Below are positions 48,911 through 61,061 of a stretch of 64,000 bases of DNA, piece after piece (position 1 is the stretch's first letter; each line of letters opens with the position of its first letter). This DNA comes from Takakia lepidozioides (lineage: Eukaryota; Plantae; Bryophyta): assembly GCA_030704615.1 (NCBI GenBank), contig CM060732.1, forward strand, positions 78,988,001-79,052,000, read 5' to 3'. Position numbers and translations under genes: made by a program. Below the pieces are notes generated by a model. It saw only the letters and a list, made by a program, of their open reading frames with translations, was not told the origin of the DNA and ran no database searches.

Positions 48911-51308
48911 TTCCCATTCCTGCTATGTCAGTTATGACACACTTGTATAGACGTGGCTTGCCACAAAATTTGCAATAAAATGTTGCATTTCATTGCTATG
49001 ACGAGTCCACATGACCCTATTTCCGTGCCTCATAACCCTATTTCCGTGGACACACAATGGCCCGCTCATGGTTTTTTTTTTTTCCGCTCATGCTCATGCC
49101 GCTCATGAAATAGCAGCCCCCACAAATTGTTCACATCAACTCAATTTCACGAAGATCATCTTATAAAAAAATAAATCTGCTCACAATGAAGAGCTCTAGG
49201 CTAACAGAAACCTACAAGAAGAATTTAAAATGCAAAACAAAATTCAAGATATGAATGTCGTCTTGACCTAATAGAATCAATTTAATGTATTGATCCGGCC
49301 TATGGAAGGTACTATTCCAATAGGCAAAATCCCTCGGCCTCCATCGAAGCTAGGGTAGGGGGAAGCGGACCTTGTGTCTGTATCCGATTATTGCGAAGTG
49401 GAAAAGAATTGCTCAAGATAATCTTTTGCATGGACTCAATGGTGTCGCCCCAAAATATGTGTCTATATCCAATTGCAGCGAAGTCGAGGGAGTCCGCTCG
49501 ATGGACTCAATGGTGTCACCCAAGAAAATCATTCCACTTGTTCCGGATATGATTGAGTAGAGGTATCAACAAGATCTTGTCCGGCAGAGAGAGAGAGAGA
49601 GAGAGAGAGAGAAGACTCCGGCCGAAACCGAAGCCAAGTTTCGCCTCACAGCTACTGCCCCTTTTTGGGGGTGGGCGAATGACAAGACCAATGAATATTG
49701 AAACTGCTTGCATGGTATGGCTTCTTGCATCGTATTATCGGCTCTTATCTTCACCCCCTCCACCTCGTTCCTCACAACCTCCACCTCTTTCTACACTCCC
49801 TTCAATGGATCCAGTGGGCTTTGATATCCGGAATACATTCGGATATCCCGGATCTCAACCGAATATAATAAGGCTTAAAGAAAAAAAAATTAAAATAAAT
49901 AAATAAATGATATACAAGGCGTCCTCATTTTTTTTGTAAAATTAAAATTAAATTCAAATGTAATATTATATTACAGGTATCCTAATTTAATTATCCGGAT
50001 CAATCTATAACCGCGGGATATTGTAATCTGAATATCCGGGCTTATTTATATCTGACAGATTTTAGAAAAAATCTATTATGCACAACCGGCAGATAAAAGA
50101 AATTCAGATTATTTTAATATCCGGATCCGCTGGATATATTCCTCTCTAATTTGGGATCTGGTGGAGATTAAGAAAAGCTAAGAACTGCCCAACACTGGTT
50201 AGGACTAAGAAACCATGATGATTTGCAAAGATTCTAAGAGACAGATAAAATATAATTGAAATAAAAATAAAAATACTGAATACCGGAAAAAATTTGCATA
50301 TATTAAAACAACAAGAGCATTGTTCAAGAAATCAGACATAAAATCAAAATGTAAACAAACTAAAATTTGTTCAACTTTAACTAAAAAGAAAAAGACATAA
50401 TGATATTAATAAAGAGTCAATATATATATATATATATATATATATGATCAAAATGAAACAAATGCTAAACTCCAGAAAACATACATACAAAAAGAAAGAT
50501 GAACGGGTGGTTATCTCCTCTGTACGCTTTCATAGCCACACATATAGTTATGCATCACACCTCAAAGGTTGGCAAAAATTACACACGGTAGAAATAAAAA
50601 CACACTGGTGGATTCATTACCACGTAGCCAAATTGCAGGTCAGGATGAGTTATTCTGTTACGGGTTTGCTTTGTATAGGTCTTGCGCCAATTGCCCGAAT
50701 AAATAAAGAAAAATGTAATGTTGAAAGTTAATTTCTGAAAAAATGTGCATGCATGATTTTTTTAATAAAATAATAATATAAATATAAATATAAATATATC
50801 ATTTTTCTTTGTAGATATTGAGTCAGTCAATGATAACGTGTGTTAGATGCTAGATTAATAGTATTATGGTGTTGGGATGCGTTTAAAGTCAACATTGTAA
50901 TACCACTTTATTTATCCATATATGGATAAAATAAGGCAGTGGAATATTTTACTAAAGAGAAATAAAATAGATTTGGATGAGGTTTGATGAGTGATTCTCT
51001 CTAGTAAATAATCTAAGTAGATGTGATGTGTAGCAATTGTTATGACAATGAACAAGTGATTTACAAAGGATTTATAGACAAAGAGACGGATATAGATTAT
51101 TTTAAATTAAAAAATAAATACTGAATATAAAACAATAAAGCAAAAAATAACAATTTAGCATTGTGCAAAGAATTGTGATATTTAATTAAATTTTAAAAAA
51201 AAATCACAACTTGAGGAACATCGAATAAAATAATTTATAATCAAAATAAAAACCAACTTCCCGAATATATATAACAAAAAAACTTAGACAAAATGACGCA
51301 CCAAGTAG

Positions 51309-52990
51309 TTAAGTATATAAGTGATGAGGCAAACGAGCTTTCACGACAACTTACAATGGAACAACTTTGTGAAGACCATGCTCATATCTAAGTCTTTGGG
51401 ATGTTGGTCTTTTGGAAGCTTGAATGTAAAGCTTTGGAGTAGTTGAGCCAAACCCCTTTGAGCCATAATCAGACCCAAAGGCAAGCCTGGGCAACCTCGT
51501 CGCCCTGACCCAAATGACAAGAGCTCAAAAACTTGGCCTTTCACATCCATATTACTGTTGTCAAATCTTTCCGGAATGAATTCATGAGGCTTGTGCCAAG
51601 CAGATGTGTTGTGATGAATAGCCCATACATTTACCATCGTCAGTGTCTTCGCATGAATATGGTAGCCTGCTATTTGACAAGCTTAGTGCTCTGATGCGGC
51701 ATGAAAGGAGCTGGAGGGCTGATGCGTAGGGTCTCCTTCACAACTGCCTGAAGATAAGGGAGCCGAGGAATGTCGGCTTTATCCACCAACCTATCACACC
51801 CAATCACGTCATCCAATTCTTCTTAAACTTTCTTCATTGCATTGGGATGTCGCAAGAGATGTGTGAGCGCCCATTCTATGGTTGTTGCTGGTGGGTCAGT
51901 GGCCCCGGCAATAATATCCTGCATCAAAAGTCAACACAATGAGACAAATCATCTCGATTATTTCTAACCAATACTTCGAACCAGTGTACGTGCATTTAAC
52001 AGTTGATGAGCTCGCTGAGTCATTGTAAAGACTTGTTGAGTTTTTGGCTTTGTTAGCATCAACTAGGGCTTCCATATAGGAATTCTTCCGGTAGGATTAC
52101 AAGTTTTTGTCGAGGTCGTTGTAATTGCACATTGTAGAAGCCCTCAATGATTGTGGTACATGACCCGTTTATGATGCACCATGTACCGCTACGCTTTTCG
52201 AAGGTATCAAATCGTTTTGTATAGCCATGTCCTAATAAGGGTGCAAGGCATAGAAGGGACATGGCTTGCATACGGTTTGACATGTCCTCATTTTCACGTA
52301 ATGGTGGATCATATATATCTATGTTTGCTGATTTGGGTATTATATGTTTTATCCTATCTACATAACTAAATATATTCATTTTGTCACGAGGTCACATCAT
52401 GAGGTACAATATGGTTGCTATATGCTTGAGAATTACATGTGTACTTTCTCGATGAACTAGGTTTCAAGCAAGAGGCTGAATGGATAATGGCCAACATTTA
52501 AACAATTTTGAGAAACTTGCAACACATCAACTCACCATCAACTTATATTCAAAGATAAGATATGAATACGTGTGGAAGAGATGAATATACTTACAAGCAT
52601 GAGTCCTTTAATAGAAGAGTCGTCAAGCCTATATTCCGCACCCTCCTCATCAACAAGTGACAACAATACATCTCCAATGTCTTTTTGGGCATTTGAATAT
52701 TTTCTTCCCTCTTTTCGATGATACTGAATTATCACATTTAAGAAGCGATCCATTCTTTTTCATGCGGGCTTCATAACCTTGTAGGTCGAAAGGCTTTAGG
52801 AATGGAATATAGTCACCAAGGTTTAAAGAACCAATGATGTGAAAAAGTTCTACGATTAGGCTCCCAAACTCTTGACCTTCATCGGTAGTCGCCTCTACTC
52901 CAAACCATTATTTCCCAAGCACCATGTGAGTGATGGTATTCATTGTCATATCGCTCAATCTTTCTTGCTATCCATAGATTTTGTATTGAT
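51309..52990 (-). pseudogene. Inverted pseudogene copy of the P450 (exons 2-3 only)
   Basis: FIPERF and FGSGRRGCPG are retained. Several stops and frameshifts; exon 1 deleted. Introns and flanks match the + strand gene. Confidence 0.9.
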
Positions 52991-55724
52991 CTGCATGGAC
53001 TCCTAAACCAGGTCAATTAGGACTAATACATGCATCTATCTCGAATGCACTAGCCAATGTTCCTCGGTGATTAGGCTCCAATCTGTAGAATTTTGGGCTA
53101 CATGAAGATAAGATTGACCATGGACCCTCCACTAACTCTCAAGTGGCATATCTATCTACAAAATATCATATGCAGACGTGAATGACATTAGAGCTGATAT
53201 GTACATTAAGGTTGTCATTTCCCCGACCATACGACTCCATACTCTACGGATTTGAGGTCAAACATATTTGGCCATAGACTCTCAGATGGTTGATATGACT
53301 ATTAGACCTGACCAACACTATAACAGAATGACGTGTGCATTGTTGTGCGCAATATATGCACATGTCAATTCTATGAATGGATGAATTTTTGAATAGATGA
53401 TTGGATGAATGGCTATATGGACGAAAGATTAAATCTATGACTATGTGACTCTGATTCTGATTCTAAGTTGTAGCATATATAAATGTAAATGATTGCATGT
53501 CTACACGTGTTCAGATGTGAATAGATGAATGGTTGAAATATTTTAAATCGTCAGATTGGAATAGATCTAATGTTCTCAGATTATCCTATGTACTTCACCA
53601 AATTCACTATAACACACCTGATTATCTCAACTTTCAAGTTTGACTATTTTATCGACTGTTGTCCCTTTTCACCGCTCAAAGCATTCTCTAGATAAATACA
53701 GTATTAAAATATTAGACAAGATAGTGTATTTTCTATAATTTGCCATAGACCCTCTACAAATATATGGCTCAACCTTTTTTTAAAATTAAAAAAAACAAAA
53801 AACAAATCCCCCTTACTCAAATGGCTCAACCTGTTTTAGCCATATTTTTTCGTAGTGTATGGGAGAGCATTTATTGGAGAGCATAGTGCCATAGTGGCTT
53901 TGGCAAGGATGGGCCCAATATAGGGGCCGGGTGGGCCCCGCAGGGGGTTGTTGTGCCGCTTTGTGCCAGCGTGCCGTAGAGGTTGTGGCGCAGTGGGCAG
54001 GTGGGAGGCGGGGCAGCCCCGGCACTATGACCTCCATGTTTGGGACATGCCGAGGCGTGCCGCATGTAATTGCCAACCTTTGGAACCTTGCACATTTTGA
54101 ATGTTTTGACCCTTTCACACTTTGTGTCACTCCGCAGTAGTTTAGGGCTCAAAACCTACTACCTTGTCCTGTGTGGTACGAATTGTGGATTTCACATTAT
54201 TGTAATGAGTATAGTGTTAACGTCTGCTCTGCATTTAGACTTCACTATAAAGTTTATGATGATCCAAATTAAATTATCTTTGTTTGGCCATATCTTGTCA
54301 TATGAAACCCGTTTGACATAATTCTTGGGGGGATAGCCCCAAGGCTCACAATACTACCCACTTAGACCTAGTTTCAGTTTTGAGCTCCTGCCAAAAAATT
54401 ATGGATTATTCCAAATTAAATAAATCAGATGGAATAAGGTCATGCATGAATTGGGAAACTTGTTACCATGTATGCGAAATGCAGTAGCATGTACGATGCA
54501 AAAAGAAAATATGTGATACTCCATACCTGATGTGATTTTTGATATAACAAAGTGTTTTTGAGCATCATTAGTACATGAACATGAAAATACTAAGGTATTA
54601 GAAAAGAGCAGTATGAAATTCCCTTAGGTTGGTTCCATTAAAAAATTCATTATCATCTACTACGTCAAATATTTTGATATTATATTTAACTGGGGAGTGC
54701 TTCGAGCAGTGAAAAGTGGCAACAGTCGATAAAATAGTCAAACTTGAAAGTTGAGATAACCGAGGTGTGTTATGGTAAAATTTGGTGAAGTACATATGAT
54801 AATCTGAGAACATTAGATCTATTCCAGTCCAACGATTTAAAATGTTTCAACCATTCATCTATTCACATCTGAACACTTGTAGACATATTGCAGTCATTTA
54901 CATTTCTGTATGCTACAACTTAGAATCAGAATCACAGTCACATAGTCATACATTTAATCTTTCGTCCATTTAGCCATTCATCCAATCATCTATTCAAAAA
55001 AAAATTCCATTCATAGAATTGACATGTGCATATAGTGCAGACAACAAGATGTCGACACGTGTAGTCATGTAATCATTTTCATATGTATTGGGCGCAACTT
55101 AGAACAATCACAATCATATAGTCATATAGACATAATTTCAAATGTACATGTTATTCTTTTATGGTGTTGGTCATGACTAATATTCATATCAACCATCTCA
55201 GAGTCTGTGGTTAAATATATTTGATCTCAGATCCGTAGAGTACGCCGTACGGATATCGTCGTGGATATGACTTAGCTCAATGTACATGTTACCTCTAATG
55301 TCATTCACATCTGCATATGGCATTTTGTAGACAGATATGCCACAACTAACAAAACATGACAGTCATGAGAACCATAATCTGTTGTAGTGTATCAATGCAT
55401 TTATAGAAATGTTTGTCAAGTTATTTCTTTTAGAAAGATTTAACTTGACTCTTGAGTAGATTGGTAGGCAAAACCACATAGAATTAAACGCCGGACCCAC
55501 TATAGGCGTGGTCACCATGACGTAATTTCTTACATAATGAAAGAGAGGTGAGAGAGCTAGCTGAGAGATCTAATTCTGCAGCATCAAATCTCTTTGAAAA
55601 TCCTAGTCTTTTCAAGTCAAAATCCAAATTATGCAGCTCAAACGTAGATCTTGAATTAGTCGTGATTGTACCAAATTGTGACATAACTAGGAGACTGACG
55701 GAACTAGGAGACGTCACACTTAAA

Positions 55725-58700
55725 ATGGATTTGGTCTCTAGCATGCTTGGTCTTCAATTATTTCCAAAGATTTTGCTTGTTGTAGTAGCTGCGGTTGTGC
55801 TCAATCAAATCTTTAAGTTGTTTCGTGATCGAAATGTGAATAAGATACCAAGGTCGTTTCCAAGCTTGCCTATACTAGGAGACCTCCCTTTTCTGGGTAA
55901 CGCCCCTCATGTTGCACTCTCCAAATTAGCTCATAAATATGGAGATATCATGCAAGTGAGATTTGGATTGAGGTCTGTACTCGTAATTTCTTCCCCAGCG
56001 ATGGCACATGAGGTTCTTAAAACCCACGACCAAATCTTCGCATCTCGACCTCAAACAGCTGGTGGAGACATTACATTCTATAAAAGAAAAGACATGGCTT
56101 GTGCCCCTTATGGACAGCATTGGCGACTTTTACGCAAATTGTGCATGCTAGAGCTTTTCACTATCAAGAGAATCCAGGCATTCAAGAAAATCCGGGATGA
56201 AGAGGTGTCATCTTTGGTGCGGGGCATTTTCGAGGAATCGCAGGTTAGAACTTGAAATTTGATCATTGTTGTAGCAGTACTTGACTGGTTTAGATCATAA
56301 CTAACTAGACTTGTTGATTTGATCAGCTCCTATGGTCTATCCAGAGAGTATACAAATGGATACTATACTTGAGCCATATGAAGGCCACCTTATTGTCATA
56401 TGAAAAACCTCTTGAGGTTAAATGATAGCTACCCACAAAATTAGAAATAGAGAGAAGATAGATTCGTGTGTTTGAGAGTCAGTGGAGGGTCGACCATGGT
56501 CAATCTTATCTTCATGTAGCCCAAAGTTCTACAGATTAGGGACTAAATTCTATCACCGAGGAATAATAGCTAGTGCATTCAAGATAGATACATTGATTAG
56601 TCCTAAATTGACCTGGTTTAGGGGTCCATGCAGAATATAAAATCTGTGGATATGCAAAAAAGATTGAGCGATATGACAATGAATACCATCACGCGCATGG
56701 TGCTTGGGAAAAAATGGTTTGGAGTAGAGACCACTACTGAGGAAGGTCAAGAGTTTGGGAGCCTAATTGCAGAACTTTTTCACGTCACTGGTTCTTTAAA
56801 CCTTGGTGACTACATTCCATTCCTAAAGCCTTTCGACCTACAAGGTTATGAGGCCCGCATGAAAAATGTTGCTGCAAGAATGGATTGCTTCTTAAGTGTG
56901 ATGATTCAGGATCATCGGAAAGAGGGAAGAAAGAATCCAAACGCCCAAAAAGACCTTGTAGATGTATTGTTGTCACTTGCTGATGAGGATGGTGTGGAAT
57001 ATAGGCTTGACGACTCTTCTATTAAAGGACTCATACTTGTAAGTATATTCATCTCCTCCACATGTATTCATATCTTTTCTTTGAATATAAGTTGTTCAAA
57101 TGGTGAGTTCATGATGTGTTTTAAGTTTCTCAAAATTGTTTAAAGATTGGTCATTATCTATTCATGAGCCTCTCGATGGGAAAAACCTAGTTCATCGAGA
57201 AAGTGCACATGTAATTCTCAAGCATATAGCTCGGGGGGGTCACTCATTAGGCTAGAACACCATCTGCGATCAATACTTTACCGGAGAGGGGGTTTTGAAA
57301 AAAAAACAATTGTACGAAATATATGTATGGGAAGGGGTATGATTGGTTAAAATATTGAAGTATACGTAGGGGATAATGCATTTACATAAACTTTACAAAG
57401 ATCTATAAATACATATAAGAGTACAAGTTATATTTTTTTTTTTCTGCATTTGTTGATGGGATTGACCCTAAGACCTAAAATTTTCTCTCTTTTTGTACGG
57501 GGAGGGGTATTTTTTAAAAATAAAATTTTGTACAAATTTTTATACACAAGAGATGGGTAAATTGGTAATTAAAATACATACAGGGGGTCAATATCAGTGT
57601 ACAATGCTGAGTGCAGAGGTATTAAAAAACATGTCTTGATCGCACATGTTATGAGATTTATATGAATAGTGAACCCCCCGAGGCATATAGCAACCATATT
57701 CTACCTCATGATGTGACCTTGTGACAAAATGAATATATTTAGTTATGTAGATATAATGATGGATCATATAATACCAAAATCAGCAAACATAGAATATATA
57801 TGCGATCCACCATTAGGTGAATTGAGGACATGCCAAACCAAATGCAGGCCATGTCCCCTCTGTGCCGCACAGCCTCATTAGGACAAGGGTATACAAAACA
57901 ATATGATACCTTCCAAAATCGTAGCGGCACATATGTGCACCATAAATGGGTCATGTACCACAATCATTGACAGCTTCTACAATCTGCAATTACAATGTTC
58001 TCGGCAAAAGCCTATAATCCTACCGGGAGAATTCATATCTGGAAGCCCTAGCTTATGCAAAAATTCAACAAGTCTTTACAATGACTCAGAGAGCTCATCA
58101 ACTGTTAAATGCACACGTAGACTGGTTCGAAGTACTTGAGGTGATTTGTCTTATCACGTCGATTCTTGATGCAGGATATTCTTGCGGGGGGCACCGACAC
58201 ATCCGCAACAAGCATAGAATGGGCGCTCACACATCTCTTGCGACATCCCAATGCAATGAAGAAAGTTCAAAAAGAATTAGATGACGTGATTGGGTGTGAT
58301 AGGTTGGTGGATGAAGCCGACATCCCTCGACTCCCTTACCTTCAGGCAGTTGTGAAGGAGACCCTACGCATCAACCCTCCAGCTCCTTTCCTGCCGCATG
58401 AGAGCATTAAAGCTTGCCAAATAGCAGGCTATCATATTCCTGCAAAGACACTCGCGATGGTAAATGTATGGGCTATTCATCACAACACATCTGTTTGGCA
58501 AAAGCCTCATGAATTCATTCCGGAGAGATTTGACAATAGTAATATAGATGTGAAAGGCCAAGATTTTGAGCTCTTGCCATTTGGATCAGGGCGACGAGGT
58601 TGCCCAGGCTTGCCTTTGGGTCTAATTATGGCTCAAAGGGGTCTGGCTCAACTGCTCCAAATCTTTACATTCGAGCTTCCAGAAGACCAGCATCCCAAAG

Positions 58701-58798
58701 ACTTGGATATGAACGAGGTCTTTGGGCTCGCAACTCGCAAAGTTGTTCCATTGCTAGTTGTCGTGAAAGCTCGTTTGCCTCATCACTTGTATACTTAA
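55725..58798 (+). CDS. Cytochrome P450, CYP71 clan; exons 55725-56243, about 56634-57038, 58175-58798; about 515 aa
   Basis: N-terminal anchor, WRLLRK, AGGTDTS (I-helix), KETLR, PERF and FGSGRRGCPG (haem). Phase-0 GT-AG introns. The exon 2 start could instead be 56622. Confidence 0.93.
57230..57682. mobile_element. MITE (453 bp) with terminal inverted repeats and an 8-bp TSD in P450 intron 2
   Basis: TIR CTCGGGGGG(G/T)TCACT at both ends. GCATATAG at 57222-57229 and 57683-57690. The paralogous intron near 52420 has the empty site. Confidence 0.9.
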
Positions 58799-59169
58799 TT
58801 ACTTGGTGCGTCATTTTGTCTAAGTTTTTTTTGTTATACATATATATTCGGGAAGTTGGTTTTTATTTTGATTATAAATATTTTTATTCGCTGTTCTTCA
58901 AGTTGTGACTCTCTAATTAATCTCTTTTATATTTTTTCAAAAAAAAATTAATTAAATATCACGATTCCTTGCACAATGCTTTGTTTTTTTTTTGTTTTTT
59001 TTTCAGTATTTATTTTTTAATTTAAAATATACTATATCCGTCTCTTTGTCTCTCTGTAAACCCTTTGTAAATCACCTTGTTCAGTTGGTGATGTCTAAGT
59101 TTTTTTGTTATACACATATATTCGGAAGTTTAGCTTTGTTTTTATTTTGATTATAAATAGTTTTATTCC

Positions 59170-60020
59170 CATAACGACCTTCGCTCACTGCCCCTACCAA
59201 CAACACTATTGTCATTCCCACCCAGAGCTATTAAATACGAGCCTGGTTTCACCCAATTGCTTTGAAAGCAAATGAGTAGGGAGCATTTGGGTCAATGTTG
59301 GTATATTTCTGCATCATGCCGAGGGTGAGGGTCACAAGGCAGTAGATAATAGTCACGATCGTCATGGAGCCAACCAGGCCAACGGGAATGTCTCTTGGGG
59401 GATTTTTATATAGCGGAAAGTTATTGCCCAAGGACTTTTCGCTTTTTAAGGGGGGCCCAAGGGTGGGAGCCCGAGGCCATACCCGCAAATTGTGGGAAGT
59501 CCGAGGGCAGGATCTTTCCGTTGCGTAAAAATTTGCTCATTTGGTTCCACCCTCTGACTAGCTGGCTTCACAGCAACCCTAGATGATATGTCATCCAAGC
59601 GACAAGATTGCGTTCCACCAATTCCCTATGGCAACGAGGTTCCAGAGTTGGAATCACCGGTTCCATGCTCCCGCCCCAATGGGACGATTGGTTCCATGCC
59701 ACTTGTGCCTCCTTGGGAGTTCTGCTTCATAATGCCCTAAAAAATTACAAAGGAAAATCTAGAGTAGGTTTTTACGGTTTCCTCAGCCATACTGGCCACT
59801 GCGTCAAAGCCCAAGTATGCAAAATAAAATACAGCGGCTGCTGAGAAAATGCCCGGAATGAATGGGTGTAGTTGGAGACGTGAGAATTTGAAAAGAATAA
59901 AAATACAAATGCTAAACCTACAACGATGATGAAGAAAATGACCAACATGTTCACATTAACCGAAGCAATCCAATTGAGTGTCGCCATTCCTCGAGTGCTG
60001 AGCACTGCCACCATCCCTGT
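59170..60020 (-). pseudogene. Cationic amino-acid transporter (CAT/APC family) relic interrupted by unrelated sequence (about 59410-59845)
   Basis: AVLSTRGMATLNWIAS..VIFFIIVVG, KNPPRDIPVGLVGSMTIVTIIYCLVTLTLGMMQKYTNIDPNAPYSFAF and GMTIVLLVGAVSEGRY, all fragmented. Confidence 0.75.
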
Positions 60021-60394
60021 AATGAATTATCCCGTAATATAAAGCCTTAGTAGATTGGTAAACTCTAGTCTTAGGATTAAGCTGATCATATCTGAGTCAT
60101 TAGAGGCTTCTTTGGTGTTTGAGCAGAAAAATGGGGCAAAAACATATTCTTGCCACTTGTCGACGATACTACCTGGAGGGCATTATTGTGAACCAGCCCA
60201 TAAAACTTGGTTGTGCTCACGCCCAGCTGACAACAACCCACCTTGATTAAAGGGCTCGGGGTATTGATATTGAGGAAAAGCCTCCCATTGCTGCTGTAGC
60301 CCCCTCCACGACTACAGACGTCACTCATGCATCTGTGGCTGTATTGGAGCGCCAGAGTTGAACACACACACACACAGAGAATGTACTCATAAGA

Positions 60395-60838
60395 CTTTCG
60401 TTTGCAGTAGCCTTGTGGCCATAGATCCCTTGCCCAGTTTGGATGGAGACATAGGGAATAGTCACTACGTTTGTGAGGGGCTCACTCCAATAACGACTTA
60501 CCTTGATATACACAATTAATTCCGGCGTCCAGATATCCTCTAGAAAGCCCTTCACACCAGCGTCCATCTGATGTGCGCAAGCAGCCCAAAAGTTACACCC
60601 CAACAGGGCCACGGCTTTAGGCCGCTTAGCCTCAAGATTTTGAAAGTTGGTGAACAGAGGTGCAGGAACTGAAGAGGGTCACTCTCTGGTGAGAATACCC
60701 CGGACAATGTATCAGAAGTGGATATTGTCTTCAGCTTGCCCGCGATTACAATCTCCTTTTCTTCCCTGCATCTGTTTATTGTTCAAAGGTAGGCTCCCAA
60801 CCCGAAGTTTAAATTTGTCCATTGCCAAGGGTAGGTAG
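60395..60838 (-). mobile_element. LINE 3'-end fragment (same family), abutting the Copia LTR
   Basis: Encodes DAGVKGFLEDIW and ends in the shared tail tatggccacaaggctactgcaaac. Confidence 0.75.
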
Positions 60839-61061
60839 TGTTGGAACTGACGACCTGAATCAGCATCTTAAGTTTCGACTAGATTAGTGCTGGTTAGCTA
60901 GTTGCAATCACTTAGTTTTGTCTTTTAGTGTGTGTGTGACTCACGTTATCGCTTAGACGCGGTTCACTGCGGTCCATGTAGATTAGCGGTGCCGCTTGCC
61001 TATTTAGACATGCCTGTTCATATGCTCATACATCAGTATAGTCTTGTTAAGTTTATCAACA
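60839..61061 (+). repeat. 5' LTR (223 bp) of a Ty1/Copia element
   Basis: TGTTG...CAACA termini, immediately followed by the tRNA-iMet-type primer binding site TGGTATCAAAGCC (61062-61074). Confidence 0.88.

Noticed and set aside
55548-55724. N-terminal extension of the P450 suggested by the ORF track
   Set aside because: It starts at GTG, and the membrane anchor begins right after ATG 55725, so this is probably 5' UTR.
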